Shown here piece after piece: positions 7,559-17,942 of a stretch of 35,885 nt of DNA. Source of the DNA: Gammaproteobacteria bacterium (GTDB lineage Bacteria > Pseudomonadota > Gammaproteobacteria > GCA-001735895); assembly GCA_050298595.1 (NCBI GenBank), contig JBNKUM010000035.1, positions 1 through 35,885 of the forward strand, written 5' to 3'. Under the pieces are notes generated by a model, which searched no databases, was not told the DNA's origin, and saw only the letters and a list, made by a program, of their open reading frames with translations. The position numbers and the translations under genes are program-made. Each line of letters starts with the position of its first letter. Position 1 is the stretch's first letter.

Positions 7559-8221
7559 CTACCAGGCTTGAGGTAGATCTTTTTTCAGGATGATATGTTT
7601 ATTTTGAGAGTCAATATAACCACCTACGGTTAGATCCTTAAGAATGCGGCTGACCATTTCTCGTGACGAGCCCACCATACTGGCAATATCCTGGTGGGTT
7701 AATCGAATCTGAATGATTCGCTCACCTTCTTCATTATCAGCAAGTTTGTTGAGCGTGTAAGCTACTCGACCATAGACATCGTTCAGTGCCAGGCTCTTGG
7801 TCATTTCTGTTAGATTACGTACTCGCTCAACTAGAAGTCCAAGAAATCTTACCGCCAATTCGGGATGATCCAGCAAGCAGGCCTCGAATTTCACCCTGGA
7901 GAGAAAGGCAACGTGCACCGGTTCAATAGACATGACAGAGGCTGAACGAGGAATTTTTCCTATTATTGCCATTTCCCCAAATATCTCGCCAGGTCCCTGG
8001 ATGTTGAGCACAATCTCTTTACCCAAATCATCCCCTGCATAGATTTTGACTCTACCGGCCAGCAAAACGTACAAGGTATCACTTTCATCCCCTTCATTAA
8101 TCAGCACGCTGTTCTTAGGAAAGTGTTTGTGTACTCCTTTGCTTGCCAAATAGTCGATTTCATCCTTAGTTAATGCTGTAAACGACGACTCCCCCTGTCC
8201 GCCTTCTCCAGGTATAAGCAT
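7559..8221 (-). CDS. Crp/Fnr family cNMP-binding transcriptional regulator
   Basis: GEIFGEMAIIGKIPRSASV cNMP pocket; THQDIASMVGSSREMVSRIL HTH. Confidence 0.95.
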   Translation of the reverse strand: MLIPGEGGQGESSFTALTKDEIDYLASKGVHKHFPKNSVLINEGDESDTLYVLLAGRVKIYAGDDLGKEIVLNIQGPGEIFGEMAIIGKIPRSASVMSIEPVHVAFLSRVKFEACLLDHPELAVRFLGLLVERVRNLTEMTKSLALNDVYGRVAYTLNKLADNEEGERIIQIRLTHQDIASMVGSSREMVSRILKDLTVGGYIDSQNKHIILKKDLPQAW

Positions 8222-8310
8222 AGTTGTTCCTTTAATTAGTTATTATTCGTGAATTTTGTAAACCATCATTATTATATTGAGGTTCTTCGAGGCATAATAT
8301 AACAGAAAAT

Positions 8311-10509
8311 ATGCTTAAAAAATCTACAAACCATCCACCTTATCGTTGGCGTAATGGCATTATTCTTGGCACTTTAATAGCCTTGCTGGGGTTGGCTAGC
8401 CTGATAATTCCACCAATTGCCCGACTGGAACCAGATATTGGCCTTAAATGGTTATTCGTTCTGCGTGGATCACGTCCAGCCCCATCAGATGTTGTTATCG
8501 TTACCATAGATCGTGATTCATCAAAAAAACTTCAACTACCAAATATACCTCGAAAGTGGCCGCGTGGGTTGCATGCAAAGTTAGTACGAATACTGCATTC
8601 AGCGGGTGCTAGCGTAATCAGTTTTGATATGATTTTTTCAGACTATCGAGACCCACAACAGGATAAGGAATTCGCTCAGGCTATGCAGGAGGCAGGCAAC
8701 GTTATTCTGTTTGAATACCTGCAAAGTGAAAATCAGCAATATAGCGGAAGTAAAGGCAATACCGCTATTCACATTGAGCAAAGACTTTTACCAATTCCGG
8801 AATTTGCCCATAGCGCAGTTGCTGTGGCTCCATTTAATCTCCCCAAGATACCTGAAAGAGTCAACCAGGCCTGGTTATTCAAGACTGGTGCGGGAGACCT
8901 GCCGACACTTCCTGTGGTCGCTTTGCATCAACATCTGGCAGCCAATTTTTCACAGCTTAAAAAACAGATTCATGAAATTAGCGATCCAAAAAAATTACCT
9001 GACTGGCTGCGACAAAATCAAGCACCTGAAAGGCCGGATGATTTTGCTAGCAGGCTACATCAATTTTTTCTCAATCATGATGTTTACAGCCGCCAGCTTG
9101 CCGACAGCGTCGAGCATAAAAAAACTGCACTTGGTATTTTACTCAACACGCACCTGCTTGGTAATGGCAGCGGTATTTATCTTGACTTCTATGGTCCGGC
9201 GCGCTCGATTCCGACAGTCCCTTATCATCAGGTCCTGGCAAAAACAAGCCCGTTGGATTTCAAAAACAAAGCCGTTTTTATTGGGTTTTCGGAGCGATTA
9301 CAGCCCCAGCAAAAAGATGGTTTCTATACTGTATTTACAGATGAGGAAGGGCTGGATGTGAGTGGAGTTGAAATCATGGCCACCACTTTCGCTAACCTGC
9401 TGGAAAGAAAAGTCATCAATCCATTGGCTCCACCTTATAATATTCTTCTCATTGCACTGTTTGGTTTGCTGCTGGGTGTATTTCTGTATCGAATAAAAGG
9501 TTCCAAAGCGATTCTTTTTTCAATCCTGATTGCAGGTATTTATCTGGGCACTAGCTACTGGCTTTTTGCCAGTCAATCGCAATGGGTACCCCTGATTATT
9601 CCATTGATGATTCAACTGCCTTTCACTTTGTTACTCGCATTGCTATCACATTATTTAATCAGCCATCGTGAGCGTAGTCGACTACATTACGCTTTCAAAA
9701 AATACGTACCTGAGTATGTTGCTAACACTGCAGCCACGACAGGTTTTGATAGCCTTAAAAGTAAGGCAACAATGTTTGGTGCCTGTCTGGCCACCGATGC
9801 CGTTGAATATACCCCGTTTTCAGAAGCTCAAACACCCAGGGAATTACATGATCATTTAAACGATTATTTCCAGCAACTTTTTATCCCGGTACACCAACGA
9901 GATGGACTGGTGGTGGATGTGATTGGAGATGCCATGCTAGCAGCCTGGGTTGAGGGTAATGAAAAAGATCTGCGGCGCGCTGCCTGTGAAGCTGCGCTTG
10001 AAATTCAGCAAAGATTAAATCAACAACCCCGTTTTCTACCGACTCGTATTGGCCTGCATTGCGGTGAAGTGTCCGTAGGTAATGTAGGTGCTGGCGAACA
10101 TTTTCAGTATCGGTTTGTGGGTGACGTTGTCAATACCTCAACCCGTATCGAAGGCCTGAACAAACAACTGGGTACCCAGATTCTGGCATCTGCTGAAATG
10201 CTGGAAGAGTTAGATGACCTGAACGTTCGAGAAGTGGGGGATTTTCGACTCAAAGGCAAGGGTAAGGCGATCACAATGTATGAACTTAAAAATCAGCCTA
10301 TTCCGCAACAGCATCTGGAATCATTTGATGCTGGACTTAGACAATTCCAGAATCAAAACTGGTCAGCGTCAATCGAGATATTCAGTCAACTGCTCGAAAA
10401 CAACCCGGAAGATGGTCCCTGCCTGTTTTATTTAACGCTTACACAACAATTTCAACGCAACCCTCCGCCAAAAAGCTGGGATGGAGTGGTGAGCATCACA
10501 CTAAAATAA
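8311..10509 (+). CDS. CHASE2-domain class III nucleotide cyclase with C-terminal TPR-like tail
   Basis: WPRGLHAKLV..L...GA.VI.FDM.F CHASE2 motif, GVEIMAT, 3 TM segments, ATD / IGDA / RIGLHCG / GDVVNTSTRIEG / LKGK catalytic motifs. Confidence 0.93.
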   Translation: MLKKSTNHPPYRWRNGIILGTLIALLGLASLIIPPIARLEPDIGLKWLFVLRGSRPAPSDVVIVTIDRDSSKKLQLPNIPRKWPRGLHAKLVRILHSAGASVISFDMIFSDYRDPQQDKEFAQAMQEAGNVILFEYLQSENQQYSGSKGNTAIHIEQRLLPIPEFAHSAVAVAPFNLPKIPERVNQAWLFKTGAGDLPTLPVVALHQHLAANFSQLKKQIHEISDPKKLPDWLRQNQAPERPDDFASRLHQFFLNHDVYSRQLADSVEHKKTALGILLNTHLLGNGSGIYLDFYGPARSIPTVPYHQVLAKTSPLDFKNKAVFIGFSERLQPQQKDGFYTVFTDEEGLDVSGVEIMATTFANLLERKVINPLAPPYNILLIALFGLLLGVFLYRIKGSKAILFSILIAGIYLGTSYWLFASQSQWVPLIIPLMIQLPFTLLLALLSHYLISHRERSRLHYAFKKYVPEYVANTAATTGFDSLKSKATMFGACLATDAVEYTPFSEAQTPRELHDHLNDYFQQLFIPVHQRDGLVVDVIGDAMLAAWVEGNEKDLRRAACEAALEIQQRLNQQPRFLPTRIGLHCGEVSVGNVGAGEHFQYRFVGDVVNTSTRIEGLNKQLGTQILASAEMLEELDDLNVREVGDFRLKGKGKAITMYELKNQPIPQQHLESFDAGLRQFQNQNWSASIEIFSQLLENNPEDGPCLFYLTLTQQFQRNPPPKSWDGVVSITLK

Positions 10510-10668
10510 TATTGAAATCTAATTATTTTGCTAACAAGATTTCACATTATGCAAGAGAAGCGTTAACATTCAATTTGTTAATGGTGTGTTTATCAGGGAA
10601 GAGCAATAAAATTATTTGGTTAAGTCAGGAAAGACTGATAACAAAAATAAATTTATTCAGGAAATTCA

Positions 10669-13600
10669 ATGCAACCGTACCTTCGAATAGCGCCTCAGCT
10701 TTCCCATTATGTATTAAGTGGGATAGTCGTATTCGTCCTGATTTTTCTTCCAGCAAATCAACTCTATGCCGCCAGTTGTGAGTCTGTTGCCAGGCTTGTT
10801 TCACTAGAAGGTTCTATAGAATATAAAACAGTAAATACTGAAAACTGGATTCCAGCAGTACTGGAGCAGGAATTTTGTACCGGGGACGCCATACGCTCTG
10901 GGCGAGATAGTCGAGCGGCACTGCGCTTAATCAACGACACCTTAATGCGCCTTGATCACAGCACTGCAATCATTTTTACTTCTATCACTCAAAAAGAGCA
11001 TTCATTCCTCGATCTGCTCAAAGGCGCACTGCATTTTATTAGCCGGGTACCTCGCAGTCTGGAAGTCAATACTCCTTATTTGAACGCAGCCATTGAAGGC
11101 ACAGAATTTGTCATTCAGGTAAAAGAAGACAGTGCGGAAGTTACTGTGTATGAAGGCAAGGTTGTGGCCAGCAATGCTTCGGGCAGTATTGATTTGATCA
11201 GTAACCAGACGGGGTCAGCAGCATTCGGTCAGGCTCCGATACGGATTGCTGTGGCGCGTCCGCGCGATGCAGTGGCCTGGACCCTGTATTACCCGCCTTT
11301 GCCCGCGCAACAGGATCAGGCGGATAAGCTTGCCCATCAGACCATAGATGCCATTGTCAGGAATGATATAGATCAGGCTGTTACTCTGGCGCAACAGGCC
11401 ATAGCCAGCAATCCACAATCAGCGGCCGCATATATGGCACAGTCCTATATCGACCAGGCTCGTTTTGATATCCCGGCAGCGCTGGAAAATAGTCGCAGGG
11501 CGGCAGATTTAGCGACACAGGATGCTATTACCCAGGCGCGGCTGGCCGAAGTCCTGTTAATGACCGGCGATAGCGAAGCCGCCAGAGCAGTCGCAGAAAG
11601 TGCGGTACAGATTGAGCCGACATTGGCACATACGCAAACCGTGCTTGGCTTTTCCTCTCTACGAGACGTCAACCTGGATGATGCAGAATCCGCATTCAAT
11701 CAGGCAATTCGGCTGGATTCAGCCGCACCTTTACCGCGTCTGGGTTTAGGTCTGGTTAAAATCCGCCGTGGCAATCTCAAAGCAGGCCGGGAAGAGATTG
11801 AAACTTCGGCCCTGCTTGATCCTAATAGTGCCCTGCTGCGTAGTTATATGGGTAAGGCATACTATGAAGAAAAGCGTGGCAAACTGGCATCCGAGCAGTT
11901 TGCCATGGCCAGGGAACTGGACCCCAATGATCCAACCCCATACTACTACGAAGCCATCCTCAAACAGGTTGACAACCGCCCGGTGGAGGCGCTGCAGGAT
12001 ATCGAAAAGTCCATTCAGTTGAATGACAATCGAGCCGTTTACCGCTCCAGGTTACAACTGGATGAGGATGAGGCTGCACGCAGCGCCAGCCAGTCACGCA
12101 TCTATCAGGATCTCGGTTTCGAGCAATTGGCCCTGGTGCAAGGCGTGAAATCAGTCAGCGCTGACCCTGCCAACCACTCCGCTCACCGGTTTCTGGCCGA
12201 CATATATACTTCACGTCGTCGGCACAGTATCGCGCGGGTTAGTGAATTGCTGCAGTCACAACTGCTGCAACCGAATAATATTAATCCGCTGCAACCACAA
12301 CTGGGCGAGGCTAATCTATTCGTTCTGGAAGGGGCTGGCCCGGCTGAAACCGGCTTTAACGAGTTCACCTCGATGTTCTCCAGCAACAAACTGGTTTCGA
12401 ATGTCTCTTTGGTATCGGGAAGCAATGACACCCTGGGTGATGAACTAACCGTCTCTGGGCTAACAGATCAGCTGTCATTCAGTCTTGGCCAATACCACTT
12501 CGAAACGAATGGCTTTAGAGAAAATAATGATGTGCAACACGATATCTATAATGCGTTCTTTCAGTTTACTCCGTCTTCGGCTTCCAGCTTTCAATTAGAA
12601 GTCCGTCACCGAGAGACCGAGAGCGGTGACTTGCGGCTAAACTTTGATCCAGCCATATTCAGGCCCAATGAGCGTAGTGATATCGAGCGGGATTCCTTAC
12701 GCCTCGGCTTTCATCTCAAGCCTGAAGCCAATAGTGATGTCATTGGCTCACTGATCTATGCGGAGCGCAAAGCAACCAGATCGGACAGCATAACTTCTAC
12801 CCCCGTACCTGGAGTCTCTTTGACAACTGCCGATACCTCAGAATATGTTAGTGATTCTTATTCTGCTGAACTGCAGTATCAGTATCGCATGGATCGGCTT
12901 AACTGGGTCCTTGGCGCGGGGTACTTTGATCAAAATCACACCTCGACTGTTGCTCTGATTGAAAGTCTGACTATTGACCCGGACCCTCCCATCACAGAGG
13001 TCTTTGAACCGACGATAACCAGGGGAGGTCCTCGACATGGCAATGCCTATCTGTATTCCAATATTAGATTCAAACCTCACTTTACTTTGACCGCCGGCCT
13101 AACTTACGACTCCTTTGAGGACAACGTTTCAGATGATGACCGGTTTAATCCCAAGCTGGGAGTGATGTGGGAATCGCTCGGTGGAACCACTGTTCGGGCG
13201 GCCTGGTTCAAAACTCTTAGACGCCCCTTTGCCTCGGACCAGACTATCGAGCCCACACAGGTGGCCGGTTTCAACCAGTTCTTCGATGATTTGAATGGTA
13301 CCAGATCAACGCGCTACGGAGCTGCGCTGGAACAACGCATCAATCAATCGTTATTTGTCGGGGTAGAGACCAGTTGGCGGAAGCTGGAACTAAATACAGA
13401 GCAGCAGGATGAGCGGTTACACCGTAGCTATGCCTCCTGGGCCGTGAATGAAAATCTCTCGCTCAATGCGGAGTATCTGTTCGAAGATTTCGATATTGGT
13501 ATTGTAAATGAAAGTTTGTTAAATGATCTGAGGACCCGACGCCTGCCGCTGAGCATGAATCTTATTTGGCCTAACGGCCTCATCGCCAAGATACAAACCA

Positions 13601-13842
13601 GTTACATAGATCAGGAGGTGGTAAAGCTCGATGGGGTCTCGGAGGATGATCAATTCTGGGTCACAGATGCCTCAATCGCCTATCGCCTGTCTGGACGTCG
13701 AGGCATTGTCCGTCTGACGGCAAAGAATATATTCGACAAACAGTTCAACTACCATGACGTCAACTTCAGTTCTGGCGAACCGCTAACTCCCCTTTTTCAG
13801 CCAGAGCGCCAGTTGTCTATTGATTTTACTGTGGCCTTCTAA
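10669..13842 (+). CDS. FecR + TPR + TonB-dependent-receptor-like outer-membrane beta-barrel protein (NsrA-like architecture)
   Basis: N-terminal signal/TM, FecR motif (GDAIRSG...VNTPYLNAAIEGTEF), multiple TPRs, barrel ending in C-terminal Phe. Confidence 0.88.
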   Translation: MQPYLRIAPQLSHYVLSGIVVFVLIFLPANQLYAASCESVARLVSLEGSIEYKTVNTENWIPAVLEQEFCTGDAIRSGRDSRAALRLINDTLMRLDHSTAIIFTSITQKEHSFLDLLKGALHFISRVPRSLEVNTPYLNAAIEGTEFVIQVKEDSAEVTVYEGKVVASNASGSIDLISNQTGSAAFGQAPIRIAVARPRDAVAWTLYYPPLPAQQDQADKLAHQTIDAIVRNDIDQAVTLAQQAIASNPQSAAAYMAQSYIDQARFDIPAALENSRRAADLATQDAITQARLAEVLLMTGDSEAARAVAESAVQIEPTLAHTQTVLGFSSLRDVNLDDAESAFNQAIRLDSAAPLPRLGLGLVKIRRGNLKAGREEIETSALLDPNSALLRSYMGKAYYEEKRGKLASEQFAMARELDPNDPTPYYYEAILKQVDNRPVEALQDIEKSIQLNDNRAVYRSRLQLDEDEAARSASQSRIYQDLGFEQLALVQGVKSVSADPANHSAHRFLADIYTSRRRHSIARVSELLQSQLLQPNNINPLQPQLGEANLFVLEGAGPAETGFNEFTSMFSSNKLVSNVSLVSGSNDTLGDELTVSGLTDQLSFSLGQYHFETNGFRENNDVQHDIYNAFFQFTPSSASSFQLEVRHRETESGDLRLNFDPAIFRPNERSDIERDSLRLGFHLKPEANSDVIGSLIYAERKATRSDSITSTPVPGVSLTTADTSEYVSDSYSAELQYQYRMDRLNWVLGAGYFDQNHTSTVALIESLTIDPDPPITEVFEPTITRGGPRHGNAYLYSNIRFKPHFTLTAGLTYDSFEDNVSDDDRFNPKLGVMWESLGGTTVRAAWFKTLRRPFASDQTIEPTQVAGFNQFFDDLNGTRSTRYGAALEQRINQSLFVGVETSWRKLELNTEQQDERLHRSYASWAVNENLSLNAEYLFEDFDIGIVNESLLNDLRTRRLPLSMNLIWPNGLIAKIQTSYIDQEVVKLDGVSEDDQFWVTDASIAYRLSGRRGIVRLTAKNIFDKQFNYHDVNFSSGEPLTPLFQPERQLSIDFTVAF

Positions 13843-13934
13843 TTATGCGAAAAACATAAAAAGCATGTTCTGTTGAAGTTCCCCTGGTAAAGGTACAGCA
13901 ACAGTTTTATTAATCAGGTTTTACGGAGAAAAAA

Positions 13935-14210
13935 ATGGATAACCATTTCAGCAAAAAAAAATATCTACTTATGACTTTGGGAGTTATTACAGTCGGAGTA
14001 GCTGTCGCGGCTAGTACAATGTTTTATTCTGATTCGACGTTTTATTCTGCTACGTTGCTTTATTCTGCTTCGACACGCCTCTGCTATAAAACGAAAATAG
14101 ATAATGGAGAAAGGTATGCCATCTGCCGTAATCGTTCCTATCCTTGCTATTTCTATTTGGAAAGAGATGGGTGTCCTTGCCCAGACGGCCAAATGTCATG
14201 TCAATTTTAA
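13935..14210 (+). CDS. small exported Cys-rich protein with FYS repeats
   Basis: GGAG RBS, KKK + hydrophobic N-terminus, three 18-bp repeats (14022-14075), six Cys in the C-terminal 42 aa. Confidence 0.65.
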   Translation: MDNHFSKKKYLLMTLGVITVGVAVAASTMFYSDSTFYSATLLYSASTRLCYKTKIDNGERYAICRNRSYPCYFYLERDGCPCPDGQMSCQF

Positions 14211-14869
14211 GTACTGGAATCACTGGTAAGCGCTCGTCCAGGGCCCTGATAAACGACAATGGTTTATATATCTGTCGGCTGGTTTAATAAGGTAAAGGTT
14301 TTGGTGTGGGTTGATATTTAAACTGTCAGGGCCGGACACTTCGGGGAGATAATGGTCGAGCGTGTGGGTATTAGCATGCACTCGAGCAGAATTTTGAAGT
14401 GACAGCAGGCTGAGCAGAACCAGATTGGTCTAATATTTTTATTTGTTCCAGGTTAGAATTTAGCTGATCGATCAGGTAATAGGGTTCGGTCGATTCAAGG
14501 TCAAAGCCTGATTCTGGATTGATCTGTTAATAGCCCGGACTGCGCTTGCGTACAAAGGAGACAGTCGAGCTTGAGCTATTCGTATTTGGTTGTGTCACTT
14601 GACTTAGGTAAGGGTAAATTTATCTCGAGGTACACTGGCTTGACTCCATTCCAAACCGAAGAAGAAATCATCCATATTTTATCCGATGTGAAGATCCTTC
14701 AGGATCTTGAGTTCGAGACAATCAAGGATATTGCCCGCCGTATTCGTACCCTGGATTTAGTGAAGGTGAAACGCTGATTCGCAGAGGTTAGCTCACACGA
14801 CTTATTAAGTTTGACGTCATGCGGCTAGAACAACCTCGATAGCTCGAGATTGTCACCGGATGGAGTGTG

Positions 14870-16141
14870 TCAGGCCTTGTCCAGTGCCTGATCTATATCA
14901 GCAATAATATCGTCGATATGTTCAATTCCGACAGAGATTCTTACCAGATCCTCTGATACACCGGCGGTTGCCAGCTCTTCTGGGCTCAACTGTCTATGCG
15001 TAGTGGTCGCAGGATGACAGGCCAGTGATTTGGCATCACCGATATTCACCAGACGTAGAATCATCTGCAAGGCGTCTATGAATTTAGCGCCAGCCTCCTT
15101 GCCACCATTAATCCCAAAGCTGAGTATGCCGGAAGCCTGCCCATTAGTGATTTTCTGGCAGGTGCTGTGAAATTTACTACCAGGCAGGGCGGCATAATTG
15201 ACCCATGCCACCTTAGGATGGTTTTGCAGGTGCTGCGCCACCTTTAATGCGTTTTCGCAGTGACGTTCCATACGCAATCCCAGTGTTTCCAGCCCCTGTA
15301 ACAACAGGAATGCGCTATGTGGTGCCAGTGCAGAACCGGTATTTCGTAATGGCACTACACGACAACGTCCGATGTATGCAGCAGGCCCCAGCGCTTCGGT
15401 ATAAACAACACCATGGTAAGAAGGATCGGGTTCATTCAACATAGGGAAGCGCTCTTTATTGCCTGCCCAGTCAAATTTACCAGAATCGATAATAATGCCA
15501 CCGATGGTAGTGCCATGGCCGCCGATATATTTGGTCAATGAGTGAATAATGATATCCGCACCATGATCGAAAGCGCGACATAGATAAGGTGTCGCTACCG
15601 TATTATCGACGATTAATGGCAAGCCATGTTTATGTGCGATTTCAGCCAACTTTTCAATATCGACGATATTGCCCGCAGGGTTACCAATCGATTCACAGAA
15701 TACGGCACGCGTTTTATCATCGATAAAGCTTTCCAGTTTTTCGTATTCATCGAATGAGGCCATACGTACTTCAATACCCTGACGCGGCAGGGTATGCGCA
15801 AACAGGTTATAGGTGCCACCATACAGCTGAGAGGTGCTGACAATGTTGTCACCAGTCTGGCTGATTGCCTGAATCGAATAGGTGATGGCGGCCATGCCAG
15901 ATGCCACGGCAAGAGCACCGATACCACCTTCCATTTCGGCCAGACGCTGCTCCAGCACCGCAGTGGTCGGATTCATAATACGGGTATAGATATTACCAGC
16001 AACCTTGAGGTCGAACAGGTCTGCACCATGCTGAGTATCATCAAAGGTATAGGATGTGGTTTGATAGATGGGAACTGCTGCTGCCCTGGTGGTTGCTTCG
16101 GATTCATAGCCATGGTGTAAAGCCAGTGACTCAAGTTTCAT
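14870..16141 (-). CDS. metY: O-acetylhomoserine/O-acetylserine sulfhydrylase
   Basis: PIYQTTSY, GNIYTRIMNPT, HSLTKYIGGHG PLP lysine motif, NIGDAKSL. Confidence 0.93.
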   Translation of the reverse strand: MKLESLALHHGYESEATTRAAAVPIYQTTSYTFDDTQHGADLFDLKVAGNIYTRIMNPTTAVLEQRLAEMEGGIGALAVASGMAAITYSIQAISQTGDNIVSTSQLYGGTYNLFAHTLPRQGIEVRMASFDEYEKLESFIDDKTRAVFCESIGNPAGNIVDIEKLAEIAHKHGLPLIVDNTVATPYLCRAFDHGADIIIHSLTKYIGGHGTTIGGIIIDSGKFDWAGNKERFPMLNEPDPSYHGVVYTEALGPAAYIGRCRVVPLRNTGSALAPHSAFLLLQGLETLGLRMERHCENALKVAQHLQNHPKVAWVNYAALPGSKFHSTCQKITNGQASGILSFGINGGKEAGAKFIDALQMILRLVNIGDAKSLACHPATTTHRQLSPEELATAGVSEDLVRISVGIEHIDDIIADIDQALDKA

Positions 16142-16201
16142 TTTTTTCTTCTCGGTGTGGTTAATGTGGCTGTTGTCAGCACGTTTTTTATATTTCGTCT
16201 T

Positions 16202-17041
16202 TTATATTTCCAGGTTGTCTATCAGGCGGGTAGTCCCCATTTTGGCTGCAACTAGAATAACCAGAGGGTCGCTGGGTAGTGCCGGTTTGAGGGTTCGCTG
16301 ATGGCAAATAGCGACGTAATCGACTGCAAATCCATTTTGTTGCAGGGTAGACTTCATCTTGAGACTGAGCGCAGTATAATCGTTTTGCCCTGATTTAATC
16401 TGTGCGACAGTTTCTGTCAACTGTTGATGAATCAGCACAGCCTGCTTACGCTCAGTATCATTCAGATATTGATTGCGCGAGCTCATCGCCAGTCCATCGC
16501 TGGCACGCACAGTCTCAGCGCCAATGATCTCTATGTTCAGGTTGAGATCACGCACCATTTTTTCGACCATGCGCCATTGCTGGTAATCCTTTTTTCCAAA
16601 TACTGCGATATCGGGATTGGTGAGATTGAATAGCTTGAGTACGATAGTGCTTACTCCTGTCAAATGCCCAGGTCGAAATTCACCTTCATAGCTTTCGGTA
16701 ACGCCAGTAACCTGTACCTTGGTGATATTTTCCTGACCCTGCGGATACAGCTCTGCATCGTCTGGCAGGTACACCAGATCGCAGCCGTACTCCATCAGAA
16801 ATCGGCAGTCTTTTTCCAGTGTGCGTGGGTATTTGGAGAGGTCTTCATGCGGCCCAAATTGCATAGGGTTGACGAAAATACTGCTGATCATCTTGTCTGA
16901 CTGCGCTCTGGCAGTACTCAGTAAAGACAGGTGACCATCGTGTAAATTACCCATAGTGGGCACGAATGAGATCTTATTGCCCTGTAGTCTCCATTGCTGG
17001 ATCTGGGCGATGAGTTCTTTATTGTTATTGACTCGTAGCAC
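16202..17041 (-). CDS. panC: pantoate--beta-alanine ligase
   Basis: VPTMGNLHDGH, FVNPMQF, FGKKDYQQ, GLAMSSRN, TRLIDN. Confidence 0.97.
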   Translation of the reverse strand: MLRVNNNKELIAQIQQWRLQGNKISFVPTMGNLHDGHLSLLSTARAQSDKMISSIFVNPMQFGPHEDLSKYPRTLEKDCRFLMEYGCDLVYLPDDAELYPQGQENITKVQVTGVTESYEGEFRPGHLTGVSTIVLKLFNLTNPDIAVFGKKDYQQWRMVEKMVRDLNLNIEIIGAETVRASDGLAMSSRNQYLNDTERKQAVLIHQQLTETVAQIKSGQNDYTALSLKMKSTLQQNGFAVDYVAICHQRTLKPALPSDPLVILVAAKMGTTRLIDNLEI

Positions 17042-17058
17042 TAAACTGCCTGTGTTAT

Positions 17059-17877
17059 TTAGCTAAAACAATGGGTTTGGTCAGGGAAGATACCATTTTT
17101 CACTTCTGTGACATAGCCCTGGATTGCTCCCTCAATATTCTGGTGAAGCGGCATGTAGTCCTTGGAAAAACTGGGTTTCTTACCTTCTGTGATGCCTAGT
17201 ACATCCTGTAGTACCAGAATCTGTCCATCGCATTCGGGTCCCGCACCGATACCAATCACGGGAATCTGCAGTAAATGGGTGATTTCAGCGGCTAACGTGG
17301 CGGGTACACATTCCAGTAATAACAGGTCGGCACCAGCTTCCTGCAATTGCAGCGCCGCATCTTTCATTTCAACGGCACTGTTGTGATCGCGTCCCTGTAC
17401 TCGATATCCACCCATCTTATGCACCGACTGCGGTTGCAGACCAATGTGTGCGCAAACCGGAATGTTAAATTTGCTCAGAGTTTCGACTGTTTTTATCTGG
17501 GTGATACCGCCCTCCAGTTTGACGACCTGAGCGCCGGTGTTCTGGATCAGTCGGCTGGCATTATCCAGCGCCTGTTGTTGCGAGTTAAGCGAACCAAAAG
17601 GCATGTCGAGAATTAGCAGAGCATGCTCCAGGCCCCTGGCTACAATAGTTCCATGATATTCAATATGCTCTATAGTTACCGGTAGCGTGGTGTCGTGCCC
17701 CTGAATAACCATACCCAGTGAATCACCCACCAGCACAACCTCTACACCCGCTCTCTCCATCAGGCGTGCAAAACTGTAATCATAAGCTGTCAGACAGGCG
17801 AATTTTTCACCTTCCTGCTTCATCTTACACAGTTGCGGAATGGTGACTTTCTTTTCCAGTGGTTTGGGTGTGTACAT
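17059..17877 (-). CDS. panB: 3-methyl-2-oxobutanoate hydroxymethyltransferase
   Basis: LTAYD, LVGDSLGM, DMPF, VKLEGG, IGIGAG. Confidence 0.97.
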   Translation of the reverse strand: MYTPKPLEKKVTIPQLCKMKQEGEKFACLTAYDYSFARLMERAGVEVVLVGDSLGMVIQGHDTTLPVTIEHIEYHGTIVARGLEHALLILDMPFGSLNSQQQALDNASRLIQNTGAQVVKLEGGITQIKTVETLSKFNIPVCAHIGLQPQSVHKMGGYRVQGRDHNSAVEMKDAALQLQEAGADLLLLECVPATLAAEITHLLQIPVIGIGAGPECDGQILVLQDVLGITEGKKPSFSKDYMPLHQNIEGAIQGYVTEVKNGIFPDQTHCFS

Positions 17878-17942
17878 ACTATAGGCGTCTTAAGTTGGTA
17901 AAAATATTGCGCTGCACAAAGTCGCATGCGAGGTTATTTTTG

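Noticed and set aside
14571-14777. 68-aa ORF whose end resembles the first helices of a cNMP-binding domain
   Set aside because: TTG start, no complete domain; possibly a gene remnant but unsupported.
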